A stretch of 63,901 bases of DNA, the filler included, from Octopus bimaculoides (taxonomy: Eukaryota), in the NCBI RefSeq assembly GCF_001194135.2. It is 6 parts of 6 records of this genome, joined end to end, with 100 filler letters (N's around TTAATTAATTAA, not from the genome) between each part and the next. Parts side by side here need not be neighbours in the genome. Positions count along the whole stretch, not along the records: positions 30,727 to 42,047 come from NC_068993.1; positions 42,148 to 52,759 come from NC_069002.1; 4 more parts are not named here. One strand, given 5' to 3'. The position numbers and the translations under genes are program-made. Positions 35,916 through 49,874 of this stretch are shown in pieces. Position 1 is the first letter of the stretch, and the number at the start of each line of letters is the position of its first letter. A model generated the notes under the pieces. The model was not told the origin of the DNA. It did no database searches and worked only from the letters and a program-made list of their open reading frames with translations.

Positions 35916-37316
35916 GAGAGAAAAGGAGATAGAAAGAAAGAGAGAGAGAGAGAGAGTGTGACTAAATAGTTTAAATGGACGAGAGAAGAGGAGAAAAAGA
36001 AAGAAAGAAAAGGAGGGAGGGAAAGTAAGAGAGAATAAAAAGCGAGAGCGAGACAGAAGGCGGCGAGGGTTTGTATATCTGTAAGTGTGTCCTATGTATA
36101 CGTCTATCTTTATATATATATATATATATATGTGTATATATGTGTGTGTATTTATGTGGGTGTGTGAGTGTGTATGCGCACGCGTGTCAGTCGTGTACGT
36201 ATATATATATATATATAGATATATGCGATGTGTGTGTGTGTGTATGTTAATCTATGTATGTGTGTCGCTGGAGTACATAACCACGCAGTTCTCTCTCTCT
36301 CACTCACTCTCTCCCCCTCTCTCTATCAGTCTGCTTTTAACTAAAAGTCGTCGTCGTTCTCTAAAAATTTTTAACCTGACGCAGACGACAAGTTTTTTTT
36401 CCAACCAATGTTGTCTGTGTTTTTTTGGGGTTTTTTTTTACTGTAAAAGGAAGTTTTAAAAGCTGAACATTTTGAAGAAAGAAACAAGGAATAACCATAT
36501 TAGACACATATCAAACAAATTTTTTGTTTTTACTCTGTGTATTCTTCTTTTTTCTTGCAGAAACAACGACGACGACGACAGAAAGGAGACGACACCGTTG
36601 TCGAAGGGAAATATATATATATATAGCAACAATCACCACATCTCCGTCTCCATCATCTGCCAGGAATCTAAACGTAAACCAAGAAAACAAGTTGTATATT
36701 TTTCACTTAATTTGAGGAAAACAATTACCACAAGTTCGATTTAAAAGGAGCTGATAACGACTCTTAAGGATATACCTATACATATATATACACATATATA
36801 ATATACATACACACACGCATTACATTTATACAAATATTCATATATATATATATTTATATTTATATATATATTGCTTTATATAATATACATACACACACGA
36901 ACATACCAACTTTAGTGAAGTAAAAAAAAACAACATTATCACCACCCTATTCAACTTATATATATATACATACAAACATATATATACATATACACACCTA
37001 TATATACATATATATATACACTCATGTAGGCTACGTATGAGTATATATGTGTATATATTATATACACACGTACGCTTGAAAAACGAAGGGTAAAAGAGAG
37101 AAAGTGTTTATGTGAGAGGGGTGAGAGAAATACAAACATCCTCAACAACAAAAGGAGTATATATATATATATAATATATATATTTATATATACATTATAC
37201 ACAACCACAACCAAAATCTTTTAACCAGGATAAAAATTATTATTATTATTATTACTACTCAGTAAAAGAAATCACAGAAGGAATATATATATATATATAC
37301 ACAAAAAAGCAGCATT

Positions 37317-37355
37317 ATGAAAATGCCGGTGTCTGATAGTAATAATAATAATCAC

Positions 37356-37394
<39 letters not shown>

Positions 37395-37552
37395 CATTAC
37401 TATCATTATCGTTCAAATTGTAACCGAATGTGGTCACTCGGTCTGCCCTGGATTCTTCTCATTTTCTACAATACATGGATAGGAAACATTTTCACGGATG
37501 CCAGGCCTCACTGGATTAAGCATACACTTTATTGGAACAAGACTAACACAAT
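37317..37552 (+). CDS. EFN: Ephrin, first coding exon (poly-Asn leader, signal peptide, start of ephrin domain)
   Basis: The hydrophobic MWSLGLPWILLIFYNTWIGNIFTDA is followed by HTLYWNKTNT(I/M), matching the ephrin N-terminal strand (vertebrate VYWNSSNPK/RF, Drosophila MHWNTSNSIF). The donor AT|GTAAGT is phase 2, at the position where vertebrate ephrins have their first intron. Later exons were not found. Confidence 0.75.
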
Positions 37553-37859
37553 GTAAGTAGTGTGGATATGTATATATATGAATTATGGATCTTTTTTTTT
37601 TTTTTTTTTTACTACATCTTGCGGGATGTTGTATATATATGATAATAATATATGTTNNNNNNNNNNNNNNNNNNNNNNNNNNNNNNNNNNNNNNNNNNNN
37701 NNNNNNNNNNNNNNNNNNNNNNNNNNNNNNNNNNNNNNNNNNNNNNNNNNNNNNNNNNNNNNNNNNNNNNNNNNNNNNNNNNNNNNNNNNNNNNNNNNNN
37801 NNNNNNNNNNNNNTGAAAAGAAAACATCCCAAAACATGTGTATGTATCTATGTATGTAT

Positions 37860-38067
37860 GTTATCAATCAGTTTCATTTCTCTGTGTGTGTATGTATGTA
37901 TGTATGTGTATATGTATGTGTGTATGTATGCATGTGTGTATGTATGTATATGTGTATGTATGTATGTGTTATCAATCAGTTTCATTTCTCACTGTGCGTA
38001 TGTATGTATGTGTGTATGTATGTGTATATGTATGTGTATATGTATGTTATCAATCAGTTTCATTTCT
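37860..38067 (+). repeat. Three copies of GTTATCAATCAGTTTCATTTCT separated by TATG/TG microsatellite spacers
   Basis: Copies at 37860-37881, 37968-37989 and 38046-38067. Confidence 0.9.
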
Positions 38068-38289
38068 GTATGTATGTATGTATGTGCACATGTATGTATG
38101 TGTGTATGTATGTTTGTATGTACGCATGTGTATATGCATATATGTACGTATATGTGTATATATACGCGTGTGTGTGCATGTGTCGGCGTATTAGTGTGTG
38201 CATGCGTGTATGTTGTGTAGGCATATGTGTATATGTGACTATGCATGTATGTGTGAATGTATGTTATGTATCTATGTTATGTATGTACC

Positions 38290-38460
38290 ATGCCAAAGCG
38301 GCCTTGGGTTCCGAGTTCAAATACCACCGAGGTTTACTTCGCCTTTCATTCTTCGGAGTCGATAAAAATAAGCAGCATTGAGCACGAGGGTCGAGATGGA
38401 ATCGGCCAGCATCCTCTCCCAAATTCCAAGTCTTGTGCTAGTATTGGAAACAAGTATTAT
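38290..38460 (+). mobile_element. SINE family d copy (further fragments to ~39480)
   Basis: CCGAGTTCAAATACCACCGAGGTTTACTTCGCCTTTCATTCTTCGGAGTCGATAAAATAAG core with an ATTATT tail. Confidence 0.75.
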
Positions 38461-41400
38461 ATTACCAAGGACATTTTGTCAAACGATCTAGATCGTTAAG
38501 CAAAAAGTCTTCTGGTATTTATCATGGATCTTTACTCTCTGAGTTCAAATCCTACCGGGTTCAACTTTGCCTTTTATCCTTCCAGAGGTCAATGAAATAA
38601 AGTAACAGTGAACTTTTGGGAGTTCGATATAATCGGCGGCTAACCTGGTTGCTCTCGAGTTGACAAAAAATACCTGAAAATATTCTGGAAGTCAAAACAG
38701 ACATTGAAGTTACATACTTTTATGATCTTTCACCATGCTGTTTGATAAGTTTAAAAAGTTGGAAATCTTTATTTTATCAAACATGGCAATCTGTCCATCA
38801 TAGAGAAACCTACCCTCTTCACTTTCACCTAAATTTAACCTTGTACCTAGCAAATCCAGTCGAAACCAACTTTGCTTTTCATCTCCCTATGGTCGATAAA
38901 ATAAAGTACCGGTTAATTAATGGGTGCCAATGGTATTAACTAACTTGGTCCCTAAAAACTTAGGCCTCCTTGTACCCCAGAAAGAATAATTTTTAGATTT
39001 TAACTGAAACTGTAGTTCGGACATTATTGTTATACACTAAGTCAGTTTTGCCTTTCGTTTCTTTGGGTTCGATAAGTACCAGCGATATATTGAAGGATGA
39101 ACCGGTTCGATTGGCGTATGTGCTTCCTTTAGGGGACAGTTTGTGGACTTGTCAGTTATAGGTATGTATTGTTGAAAAGGCGGTGAAGTAGAAGTTAAAG
39201 TAGGGCACCGAACCATCTTCTTTATAATAATGTTTAATCGTACCGACTTTCCAGGTCAAATCCCGCCAGGGTCGATTTTTGCCCCCATCTTCTTTCCCTT
39301 CCTCTGATGCTGAGGGCAGGTGAGGGTGGACGATAAATTAAATACCAGTAATATTTTAGGGAAGAATCAACGGACAAAATCGATAATTCCTCTACGAAAT
39401 TGTGGCATCCTTGCCTTTCTAGATTTTATAGTCCTTTCGCCTCTAAGGTCGATGGGTCGATGGCATATATGTATAATTATTTATTTAACCTCAATTCATA
39501 TCTGATGGGTAGACAGACACTCATGTGAACAAAGGCGTTCCAGTCATGACCATCTTTTGTATATCGTTTTGTACATCAGACATTAGATTGTTCCATTTCA
39601 ATTGTGTCCTTCTTTAAGAAGATAGTGTGTGATTTAAGGAAGATTTGTCTGTTATTTCTAGCAGGTCACGCGATCGTGCAATGACATTTCTCGTTGGTTC
39701 TTAAGGTTTCCTCCGAATATGTCACAGTAACATTTTCTCGAATCATCCATCAAATCCTACCCCGGTCCCCCCCCTCCCGCCTACAAATTTTTGGCTTTAT
39801 CCTTGTCTCAAATTTTATTTTCAACACTTGCGTTTCGTCCGTCCGCTCTCGGGTGATCGTGGCCAAACCGTGGCCTACAGGACTTTCTGAATAGCAAGCC
39901 AACGAAAATTTCCCTTGGAACTTTTCAAGTAGTACGGATCGCTTGATAATGAGCCATGGCTCATGCAGACCGCTTTACGAAAAAATGCTTGCTCATGCCG
40001 GGTCTTGGGGTTCGAGGACTTAAACCTTATGTACTGAGAACACACACACACACACACATATATGTATGTATATATGTATATATACGTATATGTATATTAT
40101 ATACTTATCCCTTGCAAAATTGTCGTTAGACTATTATTGACGAGTGTTGTTGGATTATGAAGTTAACTTCCGGTTGAGTAAATTCCTAGACCATAATTTC
40201 CAAATTAAATTCTTCACAGAATGTGCTGGTGAATGTCATACTATCTCGTTTGAGTTCGTGTTTGTTTAAGAAACCATTGTTATTGGGGGATGATGTCGTG
40301 GTTGTGTGGATGTAGGAGTTAAGTATTATTAGTAAAGTGCATTTGCAACCGGGTTTCGAATCTTATTTGGAGTCACTTCATATTTGTGAGACATTAATAT
40401 ACCCGTATGAAATATAAATACCCATTCAATCCGACCACCTTCTGTATATTTATCAGAGAACTTATGAATGTCACTTTACATGACTAAACCGATCAATAAA
40501 ACTAGCCGTGATAGCAAAAACGCTAAACAGGATGTCTTAGAGTATCCTGCGTGCGGAACTTTACTGTTAAAGGTTCAAATCGCTTCAAGTTCAGAACGAT
40601 TTCCCTTTTGGGGGGGGGGGCTCAGATAATAAAATAAACACTCAAGTGTCCCTGAATATCTCCCCTTCTTTACTATTTATAATATTTTGAAGTAAAGTCA
40701 TGAAAGGCACAATATTTTGCACATAACTTTTCCGTAAAAGGTTAATGCAAAACATTTGTTCGTGGTGTCATGGAAGAATCTAATTGTGGTCGTTAATGAA
40801 AGGCCCTCCAACTATGACCATGCCGTCGTGTTTTAGGGATACATGAGACATCAATATTGATTTATGTCAGGTCTTCCTTCACTAAATTATCCCAATATGT
40901 ACTTTAAGACTGTAAGATATGATTCGAGGAAGAATTGGCTACTGTTTCTAACAGGTCGAGCAACCACGACGAGGCTCTCTTGTGGGTTCGAAATTGTGAT
41001 GCAGTGGTAAGTTTAGAGACAGTAGTTTCGATTCCCAGGTGACATCTCTTCACCTCATTTTTACCTTATTCTAACTTCACATCGCTAATTCTTTTATGGT
41101 GGTACCGTGGACATATCGATTATATATCCATTCCTCTTCTCCTGTTCCTTGCTTTATTATTATTATTAAATCTTTCATTATCCACGTTAGAAACTATCGA
41201 TTTCTTTCGACTAGGCACAAGACCGGAATTTGTAAGATTTGTATGGTCTAGTAAACTGACCACCGTTTATTACTGGTACTCATTTTTTTCAATCTCGGAA
41301 GGATGTGTGCATTAGTCGATCTATCGGCGAAGTTTTTTTTAATAAAAGAACGATAATAAAAACTATAATGAAAATCTAAATTATTTGGTCAGAACATTTT

Positions 41401-42047
41401 TATTCCCATTATGGTTGGTCGATGGAAGAACAGACAGAGCGTCGCAGCATTGAAAAAGAATGTATAATTACGTCCTCTTTTGTTCTGAGTTCAAATCCCG
41501 CTGGGGTCAATTTATTTATTTATTTTTATCTCATACTTTCGACTGTCGATAAAATAGTTTCCTAAGCGCATGTTTCCTCTCGCTAAATTTGTTACAAATA
41601 AGAAATTAATTGTTATTATAATTATTATACTAATATTGACGTCTTTCAGTATTTTATTTTGTCCTCTAAGGCCAACTTTGATTTTCAGTCTTCCTAGGTA
41701 AAAACAAAGGGGGGGGGGGGGAAGCATCCTTCTCGAGCCCTATGGACTCATAAGGGCCAGTCTCTCAGTTTCTTATGGCGTATGTAAATTTGCCACCCCC
41801 ACTACGGAAAGCCGGTCCGTTGCAGTGTTACTCATTTTCAACGTATTTTGCTCGAGAACACAACGCGTCGCCCAGTCCAGGAATGGAAACCACAATCTTA
41901 CGATCATACGATCAAAACCTTAACTACTAGGCCAGATATCTCCACTGTCTTCCAGTGTTATAGCGATAAAATAATTAGCGATTATTTACTGAGTTCGATG
42001 CAGTTGATTATACCCCTCCCCCCCCCACTAATATTTCGTCCTGAAGC

Positions 42048-42147
42048 NNNNNNNNNNNNNNNNNNNNNNNNNNNNNNNNNNNNNNNNNNNNTTAATTAAT
42101 TAANNNNNNNNNNNNNNNNNNNNNNNNNNNNNNNNNNNNNNNNNNNN
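42048..42147. other. Artificial scaffold-join spacer
   Basis: 44 N + TTAATTAATTAA (42092-42103) + 44 N. Confidence 0.95.
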
Positions 42148-42218
42148 ATTTACATTCTACGTGGTGGCCAGCTAACGTACGTGAAATATGTGCATTCTTG
42201 GTTAATAATATATGCGAT

Positions 42219-42278
<60 letters not shown>

Positions 42279-43030
42279 TATAAATATCCACACACATGCA
42301 TACGTATATATATAACTCTTTTCATATATATAAGTATATATGTATGTATATGCAATTTTGTATGTGTATTTGTAAGTATGCATGTATATGTTATCTTTTA
42401 TTTGTTTCAGCCATTCGACTGTGGCCATGCTGGGGCACCACCTTGGAAGGTTTTTGTCGAACAAATTAATCCCATTACTTCTTTTAAGCTTGATGCTTAT
42501 AATTATTGGTCTCCTTTTGCCCAGGCAATATCTTATGGGGACGCGAACAAAGGAAATCCGGTTGTCATGACATTGGCAAAAATATTTTGCTTCACTAATG
42601 TTGCACTGACGTTTTTCGCCATTTGGGGCAGCTGATTTCCACTCTTGAACTTACTTTCACTTTGGTGTCCCAAATCATTCTGTCAGCTATGTTACTATGG
42701 GATTTATTTATTTTCCCTTCTTTTTCAAAATTCAACGAAGAATCAAGGCATTTTTTCCTTTAAGTCAAGATCGCTGTTGAGGTTTTCGGCCTGGTGCTTT
42801 GCTTATTTTGTGCACATATCCATATATGCATGTGCACATGTGTGTGCACGCAAATCAACTTGTATTCGTGTAGTTGGTGTGTGTGGTAAGTTCATACGTG
42901 ATTGTGTGCCCGCACGCGTGTGCTTCGTGTGTTTATATATGATTGTTTCCATTTAGATATTCAACCCAACAACTTCAAATGGAAAATCCCTGAAATGTTT
43001 TGGAAGTGTCATTTTCCATCTTATTAATTA

Positions 43031-43185
43031 CAATAATTCCCCGCCATATCGCGGTTCACCTATCGCGCATTCATTATATCGCTATTCACCTATCACGTTC
43101 TCAGTACATGGCGGATTTTTCTGGCTAATATATGTAAATTTATATCGCGGGCTCCTCAGTATATCGCAGGTTTCTGCGGCCCAAT
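43031..43185 (+). mobile_element. Probable pogo/Tigger-like DNA transposon left terminus
   Basis: TA followed by CAATAATTCCCCGCCATATCGCGGTTCACCTATCGCG, with repeated TATCGC motifs, resembles Tigger-type termini (from recall). The right end was not found. Confidence 0.45.
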
Positions 43186-43513
43186 GGTATACTCTTTACT
43201 CTTTTACTACGTATATACACATCCACATACATGTATACGTATATACCTACATACCATCAGGACTTTGCAAGTCTGTGATACTGGTGATTTTTCTATGAAT
43301 TCGAATTTACTTTTTTTTTTAAATATTCCTCATTTGCCATGTTGTTACTTGGATAGGTTATCATCAAGGATTTTACCTTCCCTGTTTAGGATTTTCAACC
43401 AGTATGAAATTATATCTGAAGAAGGTGGATTAATGTTATGACATAATTTATGAATACATCAAGATTCCACCGAAACGGCCGTAGTAAATTTCAAACCTCA
43501 TTTGTGTTCCTCG

Positions 43514-43556
<43 letters not shown>

Positions 43557-43938
43557 CATATACGTATGTGTTTGCATGTCAGTGCGCATGTAGGAATGTA
43601 GGGAGATATCTATGTACGCATATCGTTTAGAGGCACGTGATATGCAGATATGTGAAATAACGCCTAATTATAAATGGTTATCAGAATTAAAAAAAAAAAA
43701 TTCAAGCAGCCATCAGTTATTTAGAAATTATGTATAAACACATTAATATATACACACACACATACACGTAGATACAGAACAGGCTGGTTGGTTTACATAC
43801 ATCTATGTGGATGAATTGCGTGCGTACACGTAGTGTGTAAAACAGGAAACAGAATGAGCGCATATGTGTGGGTATGTGTGTGTTTATACATAAAGATATG
43901 CGTATATATTCGTATACATATAACTGCAACATAGCAAA

Positions 43939-44009
<71 letters not shown>

Positions 44010-44336
44010 ACACATACTTATATGCATGTGTATATATATGTAGATATATACATATACATACATACAAGCGTACACAAACACACACATATATATATATATT
44101 CACACACACACATGGATGCAAACTTATACGTATACTTACATACATGCATACAAATATATATGTACTCTCTCACACATACAAACACATACATTCATACATG
44201 AATAAACAGATCTGGAGATATCACAACAGGTATGTCAAACTTCGCTGGCGCAATGGAGTATGATAGATACAATCTACATGTGGGTGTGTGTGTGTATCTG
44301 TCTGTATGCATTTATGTTTGTGTGTGTGTGTGTATG

Positions 44337-44369
<33 letters not shown>

Positions 44370-44740
44370 ATGTATGTATGTATGTATGATTATATATNNN
44401 NNNNNNNNNNNNNNNNNNNNNNNNNNNNNNNNNNNNNNNNNNNNNNNNNNNNNNNNNNNNNNNNNNNNNNNNNNNNNNNNNNNNNNTATATATATATATA
44501 TATATATATATCTACATATATATACATATATATACATATGTATGTATGATTATATATATATATATATATCAATTACAAGGTAGGTATCTGAAGGTTAGAT
44601 ATACACCTACATGCCTACATTTTCTGCATTTCTGCTAAACTATATCACTTGATATTACGAGAAGATAACCGATAAAGGAACAATACACACATACACACAT
44701 ACAGCAATACACACATACGCACACACACACGGACATACAT

Positions 44741-44781
<41 letters not shown>

Positions 44782-46959
44782 CATACAAACCTGTATACAT
44801 ACACATTTGTTATGCTTAACGTGTTGCTGTCACTCTACTGTGGCCTTGCTGAAGCTCCGTCTTCACGTGTTTAGTTGAACAAAGCGAAGCATTCGCTTTA
44901 GTCGTCCCTTATTCTATCACTAAGTAACAGGGATGTAAACAAACTAACTTCGGTTGTCTAGTTGCAGTGGGATAAATTGATATCCACAGTGCTAAAAATC
45001 TTCCTGACGACCGTCTTTGTAATTCCAAAAAATATCGTAAACATTGATCCAGCCGTCTGGCCGTGAAGGGGGAACAGACAAAGAGACGAACAGACAGAAG
45101 GACATAATGTGCATTATAATAACATAGCAAATCTGCCCATCTACGATGGGAAATAAAGAGATAGTATCGCAGATCTAAACCCCTCTACATTCACGAATTA
45201 CACTGGGTAGGAGTAGGGGAGATCCAGAGTTAAAACACGTCGCCGGAATTTTAACAGAACAAAAATCAAAGGTGATTTATTAATACAAAGATCAAATTCC
45301 ACTTTTTTTTTTTTCGATAAAAAAACTTCCTGATTACTGCCTTCATATTCCCGAAAAACATCGTGAGCATTGGTCTAGCCATTTGACCGTGAAGAGGGAA
45401 AATACAATATCGAGAATAATCAGCCGAAATTGCAAAGATAATCTGGATCTCGACTGAGGAAAGAAAACTCTAAATGACCTGTCCTTGTTTTCTTCGTATC
45501 GTCTATCTGGATGTTTTGTTGTCCCTTTCATGTATTCCCTAACCGATATGATTTCGTTGACGTTAGATTGAACTTATAGTCTGTAGAAATCTTTTTACTG
45601 ATATATCTTTAGAAATTAGCATTGCAAACCTCATATTACCCGAAGAATAAACAGATCCGTTAAAAAATTCTATCTCGCAGTGTACAATGACTATGTCGCA
45701 GTCAATGAATATTAGTTTTGCAAGTGAATCTTGTCGGTGAAGACTTTAAAAATAAGAGGATTTTAAGAACCATGTTTTGACAAAAATATAATTTCTTTTA
45801 GTAAAAGTTACAGAGTACAAACTAATTGTTAAACAGCTTTCTTTAAGATAGTATAGCTATTCATAATTTTTTCTTGGGGTGTACTAAGTACAATGCACTG
45901 CAGAAATTTCCAAACTCAGAATAGCAGTGCTTATTTTGGATCCCTAATCTATGTTCCATGCATTAACAAAGTAGTTTATGTGGTATTGATGATATTCAAC
46001 ACTTCAGGGTTAGTTTTAGTATGCTAACGTTATTGTTGTTTCCTGTAATTATGTTGCCAACCCGACGGAGACTGTTAATTACGATAGAAACTTCACAAAT
46101 TTTGGTTTGTAAATAAAATATCAACCAGCAAAACTAAAACAATGACATTTAATATTACGGAGGTTATTGAGTTGTTTGTAGTCGGACAAAATTCTTAGTG
46201 ACATTTTTTCCGGAACTTGCTTCAATTTCCTGGATTCAAATTCCACCGAGATCGACTTTGCCTTTCATCCTTTCGAGGTCGATAGAATAAGTAGGAGTTG
46301 ATTACTAGGGGTCAATATATCCGTCTAGTCTCCTCCCTTAAAATTGCTACCTTGTGCCATAATTCGAAACTTTTATTAACACAATGAATACCGAAGGTTC
46401 TTTATGCTATCATAATATCCAGATTGATTTCATATGAATTCCAAAAACTGAAGGAAATAAAAACACGTCCTATCTAAAAGAAAATTAATAGATGCTAACA
46501 ATTAATTTTGAAAACCTGATATACAACAGACTTTTTGATACAATGTACACACAGCCTGGAAATTCTGTTTGGTAAAATAAAGAAAATCTAATTTATACGA
46601 AGTGATTAAAAAACAAAAAGTTGCATCAAATGGTTTTAAACGTAAAAATATTCCCGAATACTAATTAATTGTTTAGAAAAAACAAGATCTAAATTGTATT
46701 CAAACAGAATATATCTGAAGTTGATAACATAGATTGAGCCTCCATTTTCAACAACTACCAATTATAAGTGATGACACTTTTATTTTACATTCCTAGGCTT
46801 ACATTCCTAGTGTACCGTCATTTCCTATTATTGAGATGTTAGATAAATTTGTTCGTGTTTTTTTCCTTCATTTATTTTAATCCTTTCCAAGGCTATTTGA
46901 ATTAACGCAAAAAAGTATTTTTATCGTTGTTTTATGTGGTCTCTCGTAGTTCTTTTCTT

Positions 46960-47345
46960 CCTCTACAACTTAACACCCAACGAAAAATGAAAATCCATAC
47001 CCAAACCAGGACTACACACGAAAAATGTGATGCTCTGTGTTTGGCGGGATATCAACGGAACTGTTGATTCGGAGAAGTGCTGTCGTCAAACGGAATCACT
47101 GCAAAAAGATTTGCATAAAACGTGCACGTTGTTATTCATTGATAAAGGCGTGTTAATCTTTCACGATAATGGAAGATCATATATTGACCAAGCCGCTCAG
47201 AAAAAAGATTATGACAATAAATATGGAATTTTTACCTCCCACTTCTTACTCTCCTGATTAAGTTCCATTTGGCTGTTATCCTTTCATATCATCGCAACAT
47301 TATTTATAGGGAAAACAATGTTTTCATTGCGAAGAGGTAAAAAAA
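46960..47345 (+). mobile_element. Mariner transposase remnant (catalytic domain)
   Basis: PKPGLHTKNVMLCVWRDINGTV (cf. PKPGLHPKKVMLCVWWD), then KGVLIFHDN and a frameshifted ..SYSPD*..QHYL*GK. Confidence 0.85.
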
Positions 47346-48493
47346 TGATATTGAGTAAATCTTTGTTTCGGAAGCTGAATAATTTTACGCCCGATTTATC
47401 AACGATTTACCAAGTAGATAAGATTATGTTATTAGTAATGAGGGGAAATATTATCTTGATTGGGTGTATCAATTAAGACCAAAGAAGCAAAAGGGACCAG
47501 ACGCATGTCTACTCACTCTTGCTTCCTACCATCCCCACAAAACAATTGCTAGTGACATTCGACCCCGGTTAAGGATGATGGGGGGTGGGGGTAAAGGCAC
47601 AGAGTTCGTAGGGACGAATGGGCTGAAGTGAATAAAGGAAGACACAAATAAATAAATCAATGATTAAATAAACGAAATTAGGATAGAGTTTAGAAAGAAA
47701 AATGTTAAAATCCGATTAATGAGCATGCCCACTGTTCTGGGGCTGAAACATGTAGAAAAATAAAAGAATAAAAGAGTTAAATTAAATCAAACTGGCAAAA
47801 GCCCATCATATGTGTGTGCATGCGTGTATGTGTGTGTATGTGTGTGTGCGTGTGCGTGTGTACATACATGTATCTGTGTGCTTATCCGTCACCCCCACTT
47901 GACGAACAGTTTTGGTTCGTTTATATCACTGTAACCTAGCGGTTCAGCAAAGAGACTGATAGACTAAGTACCAGGCTTCAAAAAAATAACTCCAAGGGTT
48001 GTTTAATTTATTCAACTCTAATTTCCTGAAGGCGGTGCCCCATGGAGGGCCGCAGTCGAATAACTGAAATGCGTAAAATATACAAGGTATACATGTATGT
48101 GTGTGTATGTGTGTGTGCGTGTGCGTGTGTACATACATGTATCTGTGTGCTTATCCGTCACCCCCANNNNNNNNNNNNNNNNNNNNNNNNNNNNNNNNNN
48201 NNNNNNNNNNNNNNNNNNNNNNNNNNNNNNNNNNNNNNNNNNNNNNNNNNNNNNNNNNNNNNNNNNNNNNNNNNNNNNNNNNNNNNNNNNNNNNNNNNNN
48301 NNNNNNNNNNNNNNNNNNNNNNNNNNNNNNNNNNNNNNNNNNNNNNNNNNNNNNNNNNNNNNNNNNNNNNNNNNNNNNNNNNNNNNNNNNNNNNNNNNNN
48401 NNNNNNNNNNNNNNNNNNNNNNNNNNNNNNNNNNNNNNNNNNNNNNNNNNNNNNNNNNNNNNNNNNNNNNNNNNNNNNNNNNNNNNNNNNNNN

Positions 48494-48552
<59 letters not shown>

Positions 48553-48727
48553 ATACATGTACGTATACAAAGAGGCGCACAAATGCATGCAAATACACGC
48601 ACGCAAACACACACAAACGCACACAAACATATACAAACACACACAAACACACGCATAAAAGTCATCGGTAAACATTATCAGCATTAAGCCAGTAAATTCA
48701 GAGGCGCCAGAAAATTTTGTTCTTGGC

Positions 48728-48741
48728 AATTATTATTATTA

Positions 48742-48791
<50 letters not shown>

Positions 48792-48808
48792 CATTATTAT
48801 TATTATTA

Positions 48809-48842
<34 letters not shown>

Positions 48843-48847
48843 CATCA

Positions 48848-48899
<52 letters not shown>

Positions 48900-48928
48900 C
48901 ATTATTATTANNNNNNNNNNTATTATTA

Positions 48929-49018
<90 letters not shown>
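48728..49018. repeat. Long (ATT)n microsatellite; the following ~900 bp contain (CA)n, (GA)n and (AAT)n tracts
   Basis: Visible directly. Confidence 0.95.
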
Positions 49019-49021
<3 letters not shown>

Positions 49022-49133
49022 GTCCTCGTCGTCGCTGTCATCATTTTCGTCCTCGTCGTCTTGATTGTTGTTGCTTTTGTTTTACTCCCAGCTGTAGTTT
49101 TTCTCTGCTTTCTTTGCACACAAGGCACACACA

Positions 49134-49180
<47 letters not shown>

Positions 49181-49442
49181 GCACGCATACACACACACGC
49201 ATACACACACACACACGCATACACACACGCATACACACACACACACATATATACACACACGCACATGTACACGCATACACACACGCAACACGTATACACA
49301 CACACACACGCTCACACGCACACACATATACAAGCACACACATATCCACGCACACACACAAACACACACACACACAGTTTCATAGACAAACACGCGCGCA
49401 TTTGGATAGAATGATAGGTAGACAGGAGAGAGAGAGAGGGAT

Positions 49443-49473
<31 letters not shown>

Positions 49474-49801
49474 GAGGGAGAGAGAGAGAAAGAGATGGTG
49501 AGAGAGATACATACAGAGCGACAGAGAGAAAGGAAAGTACATATGCGTATACAATCACACACACGTACACACACGCGCACACATATACATAGACGTACGT
49601 GTACATGTTGTCTTTCCACATACATATGCAAGAACACGGAACAAGTTATCCAGAAACTTCCTAAATCTTATGCAATAACCTATATTACCATAAACCGTAC
49701 AGCATGTCCTTCTACGGTACAACCTTTTCCATTTAGCCGTCGGCCTTGTTTGTACTAAATAAAAGATGATAATAATAATAACAATAATAATAATAATGAT
49801 A

Positions 49802-49871
<70 letters not shown>

Positions 49872-49874
49872 TAA

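Noticed and set aside
37860-38067. CRISPR-like repeat-spacer pattern
   Set aside because: The spacers are microsatellite of unequal length, the context is eukaryotic and there are no cas genes.
39949-39964. Perfect 16-bp palindrome ATGAGCCATGGCTCAT
   Set aside because: It is isolated with no supporting context, so it cannot be distinguished from chance.
47826-48166. Exact ~70-nt duplicate (47826-47897 and 48097-48166) around a SINE half, followed by a gap
   Set aside because: The second copy abuts an N gap, so an assembly overlap or a collapsed tandem is likely.
48684-49064. Poly-I / poly-Y / poly-L / poly-N ORFs resembling TM or prion-like proteins
   Set aside because: They are readings of an (ATT)n tract.
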